Source of the DNA: Convolutriloba macropyga
Taxonomy: Eukaryota
Direction of reading: 5' to 3'
Assembly: GCF_964194025.1 (NCBI RefSeq)
Contig: NC_134468.1
Location: forward strand, 24,118,001-24,182,000
DNA length: 64,000 bases
Part shown: positions 28,583 to 40,049 of the stretch, piece after piece
Position numbering within the stretch: position 1 is the first letter of the stretch
Layout of the letters: each line of letters begins with the position of its first letter
The notes under the pieces: generated by a model
Seen by the model: the letters and a program-made list of their open reading frames with translations, nothing else
Database searches by the model: none
What the model was told of the DNA's origin: nothing
Program-made: the position numbers and the translations under genes

Positions 28583-28967
28583 ACCAACCAACGTCGCAAA
28601 AATTGCTCTCGAACGACTAGTTGAAGCGCCAACCTAATGCCGCCTGCTTCAGTCAAAAGGGGTAAATAGTTTCACTGAGGGCTTCAAATGACGTCACTAG
28701 AGGTCAATACATACCATTATAACCACTAAAAAAGTAAAAAAAAACGACACCAATTTTGGCGCTATTCATTTGACTTTTAGTAATGAACTGCCACCAATTG
28801 AGTCCAGCTGCTTAAAAAGTTGAATGAAAGAGAAATTTAGATCGCCCTAAAAAACAAATCAAGGGCGCAAAAGTCACTAGAAAAGTCATAACGGTCAAGC
28901 AAAAATTTTGCATAAAAAAGGCCAACACGTTTACAAAAATTGCTTCAAACTTCGTTCGAGAGCAATT
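28583..28967 (-). mobile_element. HINE family 1 copy with a different interior
   Basis: aattgctctcgaacga at 28601 and aattgcttcaaacttcgttcgagagcaatt ending at 28967. Confidence 0.75.
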
Positions 28968-29727
28968 GATAAGGCTGGTTAAAAATCACGCCTCAGAAAA
29001 ATTGTTTTCATTATAGACCCTCATTAGACAAATGAGCTTCTCTGAACATGAACTAATTCAAATTAAGCTTGAACTTTTAAGTGAAGAAGTCATTTTGTTG
29101 AGTCAAGTAGGTCATGTACGATCAAATCCTAATCACGCAAATGACCAAAAGACTTTTGATTGGGGGAAAGGCAAATGACAAAGCTCGCAAACACCGTTAG
29201 TGAGAGGAAGAAGTCAATAGAAAAACTACTTATTTCAGCTTCGCTGTGCGCACAAAACGTGAAACGAAAAAAGATCGTCAGAAGAAACATAGCAGGACAA
29301 GTCTTGAATTATAATTTAAAGAATTGAGTTAATTAACCATCTGACCATATTTTTCAGCAACATTAAATATTTTGTCAACACAGCATAATAAAACATAGGA
29401 GAACAATTTTATACATTAATAATTCCGAATATTAGTGTGGCAAAAATCATAGAAAATAACAACACTTTGACACTAAGGATCCATAGAATGCACATACCAT
29501 GCAACTACCTTACCGCAATCAGAGATAGGCAGCTAAAAAGGCACAAAAAACAAATTGATATTTTAAAATTGATATTTGATACTTCAAATTGATATTTTAA
29601 AGATTTTTGAAATAGTGGCCTCAAAGAAAAAACATCCATATAACAAAATCATTAAACACATCATAGCATGCGCCCTATGAGTCAAAAATATCGTATAAAG
29701 TCGATTAGTCGAAAAAAGGACAAACAT

Positions 29728-30183
29728 AGCTGGCAGATTGCCAGAAAATAGCCGCAGTAGCTTCGCAGATCTGCAGCATCCAAAAGATAGTAAAAGAAAC
29801 AGACCAAGAAGAAATTTCTTTTTTATTAAATACTGAGATGTTGTATTTTGACTAAGAATCTGTTTACATTATTGCTGCTTCTATAAGCTGCTCACAATTA
29901 ACCTTCAATAAGAGTGACACGCACTCACTTGACCTTATCTCTTTGAATTAAAAGTAAAGAAAAGTCAGAGGTAAGTCACGCGTGATCAAAATCTTAATCA
30001 CGCAAATGAAAAAACTCGCTCCAATAGGAGTGAAACGTCACGCACGCAATTTAGTTGAAATTGCACGAACGAATGAACAAAAACAGATTTGAAGTGGTTG
30101 TGACATCATATGGTCGTCACAAAAATATTGACGAAATAAAGAGAAGGCCAATAATAGCCCCAGCTATCGCTGTGCGGCTATTA
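29728..30183 (-). mobile_element. HINE family 2, full-length
   Basis: Hairpin ctggcagattgccag plus subTIR aatagccgc at left; aatagcc..gctatcgctgtgcggctatt followed by an A-run at right. Confidence 0.75.
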
Positions 30184-33100
30184 AAAAGCAATCGAGGCAA
30201 GTGGAGTGGAGTAGCGGAATATGGGGAAAGAGGGTCAAGCGATGTGGAGGACTGGACCAGAAGGGGGTCGCAACCACCAGATACAGGTCGGACTTGGGGG
30301 GGGGGGGGTGTTGTGAGTGGGCATTGCACCATGAAATGGTCTCTTCAAAACAGTTTTTGGCGAATCGCTTTTTAGACACACTGGTTATGCGTACGGCTTT
30401 TAGAGGACTGAATGCCCTCCGAGCGTTGCATGTTTATCCAGTTTTTGAGGACGAAAAATCAAAAGAGTCAAAAAATCGGTCAAGCAAAAGAAAACGCATA
30501 AAAAACGCACTTCGTTGGATAGCAATTAACCACTCTGGAAATGATAATTTGTTTAAACGCCAAAATTTGACTCCACTTCAAAGGTCATTTGAAAAAAGTC
30601 ACACTTCGAACCCAATAGCCGTTTCGCCCCTTAAGCTATAATGATTATTACCACACGATTGCTATCGCCACCGAGAAGTTATCAAACTCCGAGGCGAAGC
30701 CGAGGTGTTATGATAACTTCGAGGGCGATAACAACCGTGTGGTAATTTTTTAATCAACTGTTGCGATCATGTTTGTTTTTTTAGAGTAAAAGTGTATCAA
30801 ACTATTTCCATCATTAGACCACGAGTTTATCACCACTCTTTTATCGTCACTGTTTACTTAGTAACAGTGGCGATAAAAGAGTGTGATAAACTCGTAGTCT
30901 AATGCTGAGGAAGCGTTTTTCCAGTGTGGATCGGGTATTAAATTTTATTACACTGGCAGTTTATTTAACTGCTATTATCGCAACAGGTGTTGATTAAAGA
31001 GAACATGTGTCACAAAGAGAACTCAACTTAGATTTTAATCTTAGGTAAGTCACGCGTGATCAAATCTTAATCACGCGAATGAAAAAACTCGCTCCAATAG
31101 GAGTGAAACGTCACGCACGCAATTTAGTTGAAATTGCATGAACGAATGAACAAAAACAGATTTGAAGTGGTTGTTACTTCATATGGTCGTCACAAAAATC
31201 TTGACGAATTAAAGAGAAGGCCAATAATAGCCCCAGCTATCGCTGTGCGGCTATTAAAAAGCAATCGAGGCAAGTGGAGTGGAGTAGCGGAATATGGGGA
31301 AAGAGGATCAAGCGATGTGGAGGACTGGACCAGAAGGGGGTCGCAACCACCAGATACAGGTCGGACTTGGGGGGGGGGGGGTGTTGTGAGTGGGCACTGC
31401 ACCATGAAATGGTCTCTTCAAAACAGTTTTTCGCGAATGGCTTTTTAGACACTGGTTATGCGTACGGCTTTTAGCGGACTTAATGCCCTCCGAGCGTTGC
31501 ATGTTCATCCAGTTTTTGAGGACAAAATCAAAAGGGTCAAAAAATCGGTCAAGCAAAAAAAACGCATAAAAAACGCACTTCCTTGGAGAGCAATTAACCA
31601 CTCTAAAAATGATAATTTAATTAAACGCCATAATTTGACTCCACTTCAAAGGTCATTTGAAAAAAGTCACACTTCGAATCCAATAGCCGTTTCACCCCTT
31701 AAGCTATAATGATTATTACCACACGACTGCTATCGCCACCGAGAAGTTATCAAACTCCGAGGCGAAGCCGAGGTGTTATGATAACTTCGAGGGCGATAAC
31801 AACCGTGTGGTAATTTTTTAATCAACTGTTGCGATCATGTTTGTTTTTTAGACTACAAGTGTATCAAACTATTTCCATCATTAGACTACGAGTATATCAC
31901 CACTCTTTTATCGTCACTGTTTACTTAGTAACAGTGGCGATGAAAGAGTGTGATAAACTCGTAGGCTAATGCTGAGGAAGCGTTTTTCCAGTGTGGATCA
32001 GGCATTAAATTTTATTACACCGGCAGTTTATTCAACTGCTATTATCGCAACAGGTGTTGATTAAAGAGAACATGTGTCACACAGAGAACTCAACTTAGAT
32101 TTTAATCTTAGGTAAGTCACGCGCGATCAAAATCTTAATCACGCGAATGAAAAAACTCGCTCCAATAGGAGTGAAACGTCACGCACGCAATTTAGTTGAA
32201 ATTGCATGAACGAATGAACAAAAACAGATTTGAAGTGGTTGTGACTTCATATGGTCGTCACAAAAATCTTGACGAATTAAAGAGAAGGCCAATAATAGCC
32301 CCAGCTATCGCTGTGCGGCTATTAAAAAGCAATCGAGGCAAGTGGAGTGGAGTAGCGGAATATGGGGAAAGAAGATCAAGCGATGTGGAGGACTGGACCA
32401 GAAGGGGGTCGCAACCACCAGATACAGGTCGGACTTGGTGGGGGTGTTGTGAGTGGGCATTGCACCATTAAATGGTCTCTTCAAAACAGTTTTTGGCGAA
32501 TCGCTTTTTAGACACTGGTTATGCGTACGGCTTTTAGCGGACTTAATGCCCTCCGAGCGTTGCATGTTCATCCAGTTTTTGAGGACGAAAAATCAAAAGG
32601 GTCAAAAAATCGGTCAAGCAAAAAAAAACGCATAAAAAACGCACTTCGTTGGAGAGCAATTAACCACTCTAAAAATGATAATTTGTTTAAACGCCAAAAT
32701 TTGACTCCACTTCAAAGGTCATTTGAAAAAAGTCACACTTCGAACCCAATAGCCGTTTCGCCCCTTAAGCTATAATGATTATTACCACACGATTGCTATC
32801 GCCACCGAGAAGTTATCAAACTCCGAGGCGAAGCCGAGGTGTTATGATAACTTCGAGGGCGATAACAACCGTGTGGTAATTTTTTAATCAACTGTTGCGA
32901 TCATGTTTGTTTTTTTAGAGTAAAAGTGTATCAAACTATTTCCATCATTAGACCACGAGTTTATCACCACTCTTTTATCGTCACTGTTTACTTAGTAACA
33001 GTGGCGATAAAAGAGTGTGATAAACTCGTAGTCTAATGCTGAGGAAGCGTTTTTCCAGTGTGGATCGGGTATTAAATTTTATTACACTGGCAGTTTATTT

Positions 33101-35258
33101 AACTGCTATTATCGCAACAGGTGTTGATTAAAGAGAACATGTGTCACAAAGAGAACTCAACTTAGATTTTAATCTTAGGTAAGTCACGCGTGATCAAATC
33201 TTAATCACGCGAATGAAAAAACTCGCTCCAATAGGAGTGAAACGTCACGCACGCAATTTAGTTGAAATTGCATGAACGAATGAACAAAAACAGATTTGAA
33301 GTGGTTGTTACTTCATATGGTCGTCACAAAAATCTTGACGAATTAAAGAGAAGGCCAATAATAGCCCCAGCTATCGCTGTGCGGCTATTAAAAAGCAATC
33401 GAGGCAAGTGGAGTGGAGTAGCGGAATATGGGGAAAGAGGATCAAGCGATGTGGAGGACTGGACCAGAAGGGGGTCGCAACCACCAGATACAGGTCGGAC
33501 TTGGGGGGGGGGTGTTGTGAGTGGGCACTGCACCATGAAATGGTCTCTTCAAAACAGTTTTTCGCGAATGGCTTTTTAGACACTGGTTATGCGTACGGCT
33601 TTTAGCGGACTTAATGCCCTCCGAGCGTTGCATGTTCATCCAGTTTTTGAGGACAAAATCAAAAGGGTCAAAAAATCGGTCAAGCAAAAAAAACGCATAA
33701 AAAACGCACTTCCTTGGAGAGCAATTAACCACTCTAAAAATGATAATTTAATTAAACGCCAAAATTTGACTCCAAAGGTCATTTGAAAAAAGTCACACTT
33801 CGAATCCAATAGCCGTTTCACCCCTTAAGCTATAATGATTATTACCACACGACTGCTATCGCCACCGAGAAGTTATCAAACTCCGAGGCGAAGCCGAGGT
33901 GTTATGATAACTTCGAGGGCGATAACAACCGTGTGGTAATTTTTTAATCAACTGTTGCGATCATGTTTGTTTTTTTAGACTACAAGTGTATCAAACTATT
34001 TCCATCATTAGACTACGAGTATATCACCACTCTTTTATCGTCACTGTTTACTTAGTAACAGTGGCGATGAAAGAGTGTGATAAACTCGTAGGCTAATGCT
34101 GAGGAAGCGTTTTTCCAGTGTGGATCAGGCATTAAATTTTATTACACCGGCAGTTTATTCAACTGCTATTATCGCAACAGGTGTTGATTAAAGAGAACAT
34201 GTGTCACACAGAGAACTCAACTTAGATTTTAATCTTAGGTAAGTCACGCGTGATCAAAATCTTAATCACGCGAATGAAAAAACTCGCTCCAATAGGAGTG
34301 AAACGTCACGCACGCAATTTAGTTGAAATTGCATGAACGAATGAACAAAAACAGATTTGAAGTGGTTGTGACTTCATATGGTCGTCACAAAAATCTTGAC
34401 GAATTACAGAGAAGGCCAATAATAGCCCCAGCTATCGCTGTGCGGCTATTAAAAAGCAATCGAGGCAAGTGGAGTGGAGTAGCGGAATATGGGGAAAGAG
34501 GATCAAGCGATGTGGAGGACTGGACCAGAAGGGGGTCGCAACCACCAGATACAGGTCGGACTTGGTGGGGGTGTTGTGAGTGGGCATTGCACCATTAAAT
34601 GGTCTCTTCAAAACAGTTTTTGGCGAATCGCTTTTTACACACTGGTTATGCGTACGGCTTTTAGCGGACTTAATGCCCTCCGAGCGTTGCATGTTCATCC
34701 AGTTTTTGAGGACGAAAAATCAAAAGGGTCAAAAAATCGGTCAAGCAAAAAAAAAACGCATAAAAAACGCACTTCGTTGGAGAGCAATTAACCACTCTAA
34801 AAATGATAATTTATTTAAACGCCAAAATTTGACTCCACTTCAAAGGTCATTTGAAAAAAGTCACACTTCGAACCCACTAGCCGTTTCGCCCCTTAAGCTA
34901 TAATGATTATTACCACACGATTGCTATCGCCACCGAGAAGTTATCAAACTCCCAGGCGAAGCCAAGGTGTTATGATAACTTCGAGGGCGATAACAACCGT
35001 GTGGTTATTTTTTAATCAACTGATGCGATCATGTTTGTTTTTTTAGACTACAAGTGTATCAAACTATTTCCATCATTAGACTACGAGTTTATCACCCCTC
35101 TTTTATCGTCACTGTTTACTTAGTAACAGTGGCGATAAAAGAGTGTGATCGGGCATTAAATTTTATTACACTGGCAGTTTATTTAACTGCTATTATCGCA
35201 ACAGTGTTGATTAAAGAGAACATGTGTCACACAGAGAACTCAACTTAGATTTTAATCT
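29970..35258. repeat. Five-unit ~1.07 kb tandem array in pirin intron 2
   Basis: ggtaagtcacgc...gattttaatctt units start at ~29970, 31044, 32111, 33178 and 34238. Confidence 0.97.
30647..30996. mobile_element. Double-hairpin MITE/foldback-like element (one copy per array unit)
   Basis: Hairpin 30647-30746 is centred on ccgaggcgaagccgagg. The foldback 30751-30996 (taatcaactgttgcgat...atcgcaacaggtgttgatta) encloses palindrome 30812-30904. Confidence 0.7.
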
Positions 35259-35560
35259 TTTCAAAAATGACTACTAAAAGTTAGACATCGTTCAGATACA
35301 AATGATTAATTTTCGATTTGACTTCTAATGGCACTGATAAAAAACTCAAGCTCTTTTTGGGGCACGCACAAAACACAAGCCCCTTTTTAAGAAAAACTAG
35401 CCTTCGAGGTCCTCAAGTTGAATATACCATTTTTCAGTTAAGGAGGCGGGCGGACTCCAAGTCAACCATTGCTTAATAACCCAACTAAGCGTCACAACTA
35501 TCAATCTGAAAGATTAGTGTTAATATTTCTGAAAAATTACTTCTCTAAAATAAAAATAAA

Positions 35561-35950
35561 GCGACTAACTTCGGATGAATTGCTCTCGAACGACAAGCGG
35601 GTGGGGGATTTAATTTAGATGTGTAGCTGAGGATTTGTTGGTTGGAAAAACTCGGACCTGCTATCAGTTCGAAGCCTCAACCTCCAGGATATCAGTAAGA
35701 AATCGTAACCACTAACGCACAACGGATTTGTTACTCAACCGCTAACAATCACTTTTATATTAGTAACAAACTCCATTTCAGCATGGGATTAATTGAAATA
35801 ATCACTCAAAATGAAGTGACGCGTGAAAAACTCACTTGAGAAGTCAGAATTTTCTAGAACAAAAGCGCAAAAATGTTCAAGCGAAAATTTTGAATTAAAA
35901 AAGACCAACACTGTTACAACAATTACTTCGAACTTCGTTCGAGCGCAATT
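35561..35950 (-). mobile_element. HINE family 1 copy with tRNA-like cassette
   Basis: cgactaacttcgg hairpin, aattgctctcgaacga, and terminal ttcgttcgagcgcaatt. Confidence 0.75.
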
Positions 35951-36600
35951 AAAAAACCATAACCAGGCTAAGAGATTCCATTTCAAAAATACCAAATAAT
36001 TCAAAAGAACGAACAAAAAAATGTTCTTGTATTAGTAGACCGACGCGGAAAACAAGGTCAAAACTTTTAAACACAACAATGCCTATTTTCCTCTTTCAAT
36101 ATTTACTCCAAAAAATATCAATTCGAAAACGACTCTCCACTAATAATTCTATTCAAATGGAAAAAAAGGCAGTGCCCATGTGGAATTATCAAAAATGAAT
36201 TTAAAAAAAGGTGAAACATACACGAAGCATTGGGTAAAAGTCGTGAACAATTCAATTGACAGGAGCAGGTGCCTCTTGAATTCATATATTTTAAGTTCAT
36301 ATAGTTTTGAGTTCATATGTTAAATTCTTACATTCCAAAAAATCAATTCTACGAAAAAAAATCAAAATTTGAAGCTTCAACGTCTACTCATAGCCTCATA
36401 TTGCTACTTAGGATACCCATGAAGTTTCATTTGACGTGATATATTGCACCAGATCAATGTTGTGAACTTTTAACCGCCTCCAACAAACCTTTTAACCGCC
36501 CGCTGTTGCGGGCCATTGATACTGTTATAAGTAACCAAAATTGGATGACATTTAACTGTTTAAAGCCAGTGCAACAAACACACCTAAAAGTCACACCTAC

Positions 36601-36987
36601 CATCAACAACATAGATTGCCGAGTTGAAATTCGGAGGGATGTGTTGAGAGAAAGCTGCTCCTGGTTGCAGCTCGAAGTCCAGATAATAAGCCTGTGTCAA
36701 GGTCTGAACTGGACTTTTAACTCCCATACTTTCACCAGCAATTATGGCTACTTTCACCCCTTCCTTCTCAGCCCTTGGAATATCTCTCGCCTTCTTTTCC
36801 TGATATCTTGGAGCCACCATTTTGTCCTTGCCTTTCAAATTTACCCAGAGTTGAAGTCCACGTACTTCACCAGCATTTTTTCCGGGGATCTCGGAGTGCA
36901 CAATGCCTCTCCCAGCTGTCATCCACTGGACATCCCCAGTTTCAAGACGACCAGCTGCGCCAGTGAAATCCTCATGTTGAAAGGCTC
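36601..36987 (-). CDS. PIR: Pirin exon 2 of 3
   Basis: Acceptor ctgcatag|GAGCC; HEDFTG...GDVQWMTAGRGIVHSE...GLQLWVNL...PRYQE; donor GATG|GTAGGT. The exon is 387 nt, phase 1-1. Confidence 0.94.
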
Positions 36988-37175
36988 CTATGCAGGTCAC
37001 CAACCCCGTTATTTGATCATCACGTCTACCAGTGAAATCAGTTCACCTTCTAGATGAACATTTCATTTTTGATCAAGACAACTCGCTCATTCTCAAACCT
37101 CAGATCAACTTACATATAACTTACATATGGTGATATAACAAAAGTCATATAAGTTACAGCTTTTGTGATACTAAC

Positions 37176-37380
37176 CTTTGATAAGGTAGGACACAGTCTC
37201 AAATCCTCTGTGTGGATGATCTGGAAACCCATTAGGCCATTCTCCTTTAAACTCATCGAGCAGTAGAAAAGGATCAAGTCTTCTCAGGGATCCGCTTCCA
37301 ATCGTCCGTCTGACACGCGCTCCTACACCTTCTGATTGCTCCCTTCCTACCACCAGACGTTCGAACGATTTAAGAGACAT
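37176..37380 (-). CDS. PIR: Pirin exon 1 of 3
   Basis: REQSEGVGARVRRTIG...LDPFLLLDEF...GFPDHPHRGFETVSY (iron-binding His motif). Donor AAAG|GTTAGT. An in-frame ATG at 37407 is an alternative start. Confidence 0.93.
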
Positions 37381-38148
37381 CGGTTCGCTTTCACTAATAT
37401 CTGACATTGGGAAAGAGAGAATTGATATGTACAGTGACCAGGGGCAAATTAAGCTAGGCGTCTTAATCAATTTTACATAGTCTGCTTCGCTGCGAAGTAG
37501 ACATCAAATCTGAAATTGTCGGGCCCGTTTATGATCGTGAATGGCTCGGTTTTTATTATCTCTTTATCTGCATTATATATTTCCTAGTCGTGACTGTCGT
37601 AAGCAGGGTCCCCAGCCTTAATTTAGCACCCCCCCCCCCCCCAAAAAAAAAAATAAGTTTTCGCGAACTGTGAGAGCGATATTTTCATTTCATTGAAACA
37701 AGAGTGTCTAGGTAGATTGAAGGCCCTTTCAGAATAGTTTCCTAAAAATAATTTAAAAATCAAGCCCTTGAGGCCAATAACACCAAAAATGATAGAATAC
37801 AAAAATTTTAGCGCTAGCAGAAAAGATCCTGAAAATTGATGTCAAAAGAGAGTCAAATAAATATGTCAATTTAAGATTGGAGGCCGTATAAATATGGACA
37901 ATTTTATTTTCATCTACTTCTAATGAAATAATTTCAATCTGGTCAAGTCAAAATTGATTAAGTAATAATTAATTGCCATCTCTACGTACAATAAGATCAA
38001 CAATGCACATTAGCAGCAACAACAGATACAAGTTATAAAATAGGAGGGGGTTACACAATTTTCATACATCAATTACAATTATTCAGTTGTATTGTGCCAG
38101 ATTAGGAGACCAGAGAAAAGAGGCCAACCACATCCACAAGCTGTAGAG

Positions 38149-38248
38149 TTAAAACTGTAGCAGTGGATCTTCAAAAGTTGTCGTTGTGACTGCTGGTTGT
38201 GCGCCTTTGGCTAAACTCTGACTACTAGCTGTTCCACTCTGTTGGCTT
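38149..38248 (-). CDS. NECAP: NECAP terminal coding exon (joined protein ~282 aa)
   Basis: Acceptor ctgcgtttcag|AAGCCAACAG. In phase with exon 1 it reads (L)SQQSGTASSQSLAKGAQPAVTTTTFEDPLLQF*, ending in QF-stop like the NECAP WVQF terminus. It is non-repetitive sequence directly after the repeat-rich intron. Confidence 0.8.
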
Positions 38249-40049
38249 CTGAAACGCAGTTATACTATTTAGTTAAACGAACACGTGACCTGAAACTTTG
38301 AAACAGTAGAAATGTGAACCAAATAAATACCGCAAACTTTATTTGAGGACAAACGAACTTCGATAGAATGCCGTTGCCATACAAGTCAAACTTACAATCT
38401 GTTCTTAGAAAATGAGAGTTAATGAAAAGCCGTTATTTTAACATAGGCAACAATTGAGACAACAGCTGCGAAATAGACTGCTGAGACCCCTAATTAGAAG
38501 CGACTACTGAGACTGAGGGCAAAAGGTGTGCTGCACAAAAACATCAAAATGTTGATTTTCAATTCTATCCTTATTTTCAAATAAAATTTTGAATGAGTTT
38601 TCACTAAAAGAGTCTTATAACAATTTAGGTTGAGTTACTTCCATTGAATTTCAGGATCTTTTGCGTTTGTGCTCCTCAGTTACAGAGCACATGTCATTAC
38701 ATAATAAATAAGCATAGCCGGCAGATTGCCGGAAAAGCCGCCGTTGACTCGCTAGACGCACATCGGGATTAAATCAGAAAAAGAAAAAAGAAGAGATAGA
38801 AATTGACAAACACTTTTTCCTAAGTTTCAACAATTGTCCTACTAATTCAGTGTGCAGTTTCAGTTAGATTTTAAACCTATCTTACTTCAGCTTCTAAACT
38901 GAAGGGTGTTAAGCCTAATACTAATATCAGCTAGCAATCGCTCTAATGAAATTTGATAACCTAACGCACTAAGTATTAATGACCGAGCTTTATCGGTTTA
39001 TCTATTTTCTGTTGATTTTGATTTAGCTCTTTCGACATTGACCGTATTCATTATATTGCGTAATTCAATGCGTCAAAGAATTAAGAATTCCGTTGACACA
39101 GTGAGTGAGGTAAGTCAGAAAACAAACGTGAAAATCGGGACTTACCTAAAACGAAAAACGTGATCAAAAGGTTATGTGAATTAAAAAAAACATAGAGGAA
39201 AAGTCCTGACGTACAATTCAAAAAAATTTCAATGACTAAACAAAAAACTAGATCTACAACGGACTATGAGTGAATTGAGAAAACCATTTCTAAAAAAAAT
39301 CAGATAAAAAATTGGAAAAACGCAGAAAATCAATGACAAAATGCAGCATGTGAACAAAAAACCACTAGAGAAACAGAAATTTAGTTCAAACAAAAAGCTA
39401 GGCCTAGAATGATCTATGAGCCGATTGGGAAAACAATTTAGAGAGTTAAAAATTAAAGTTAAACTGCCATATGTGAACAAAAACCACTAGCAGGAAAGCG
39501 AAAATTTGTTCAAACACCGTTTTCTCAATCTACTATAAAATTAGAGCAAAAAAATCACGCATCAAAACCACTTGCTTTTTCGCTCCACTTCCTGTTTCGG
39601 CGTTACCAAAATCACAACTCGAATTTGACTTCCAAAATCATTAGAATGCGTGAACAGATCTTAAACAAAGCCAGCAGATTGTAGGAAAATAGCCACAATA
39701 GAGGCCTGTGGCCTACCATGAACTGAAACAACTAAAGAAATAGGATTGACAGATCAACCACCATCTTTTTAATAGATCACTAGACTTCTTTAGATTCATT
39801 TTTATGAGACACATTTGCTCTACAAGGAAAAAACCCCAAAGGAGCTTTTTCAAAATTAAGATTCGATACTAAAACTCAGGACTCTATTCCTCAGGAATCA
39901 TGGTATATAAGTTTGGCACTATTTAGATGCGCACTATTTACTAATTAGTTTCATAAGTGAGTTCAGAATTCATTTTTTTGAGTGAGGTATTTCAAGCAAC
40001 TAATCTAAAAGCACAAATGACGTCACGAACACAAATTTTAACTGCAAAG

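Noticed and set aside
30055-35248. Repeated ORFs in the 1.07 kb array as nested genes
   Set aside because: Frames change with poly-G and poly-A length between units, and the sequence is TE termini and hairpins.
29970-35258. CRISPR-like array
   Set aside because: Eukaryotic intron; whole units are repeated with no unique spacers and no cas genes.
37105-37160. Light-responsive D-box cluster in pirin intron 1 (ttacatataac repeats)
   Set aside because: No exact TTAYGTAA match; explained by a short tandem duplication in AT-rich DNA.
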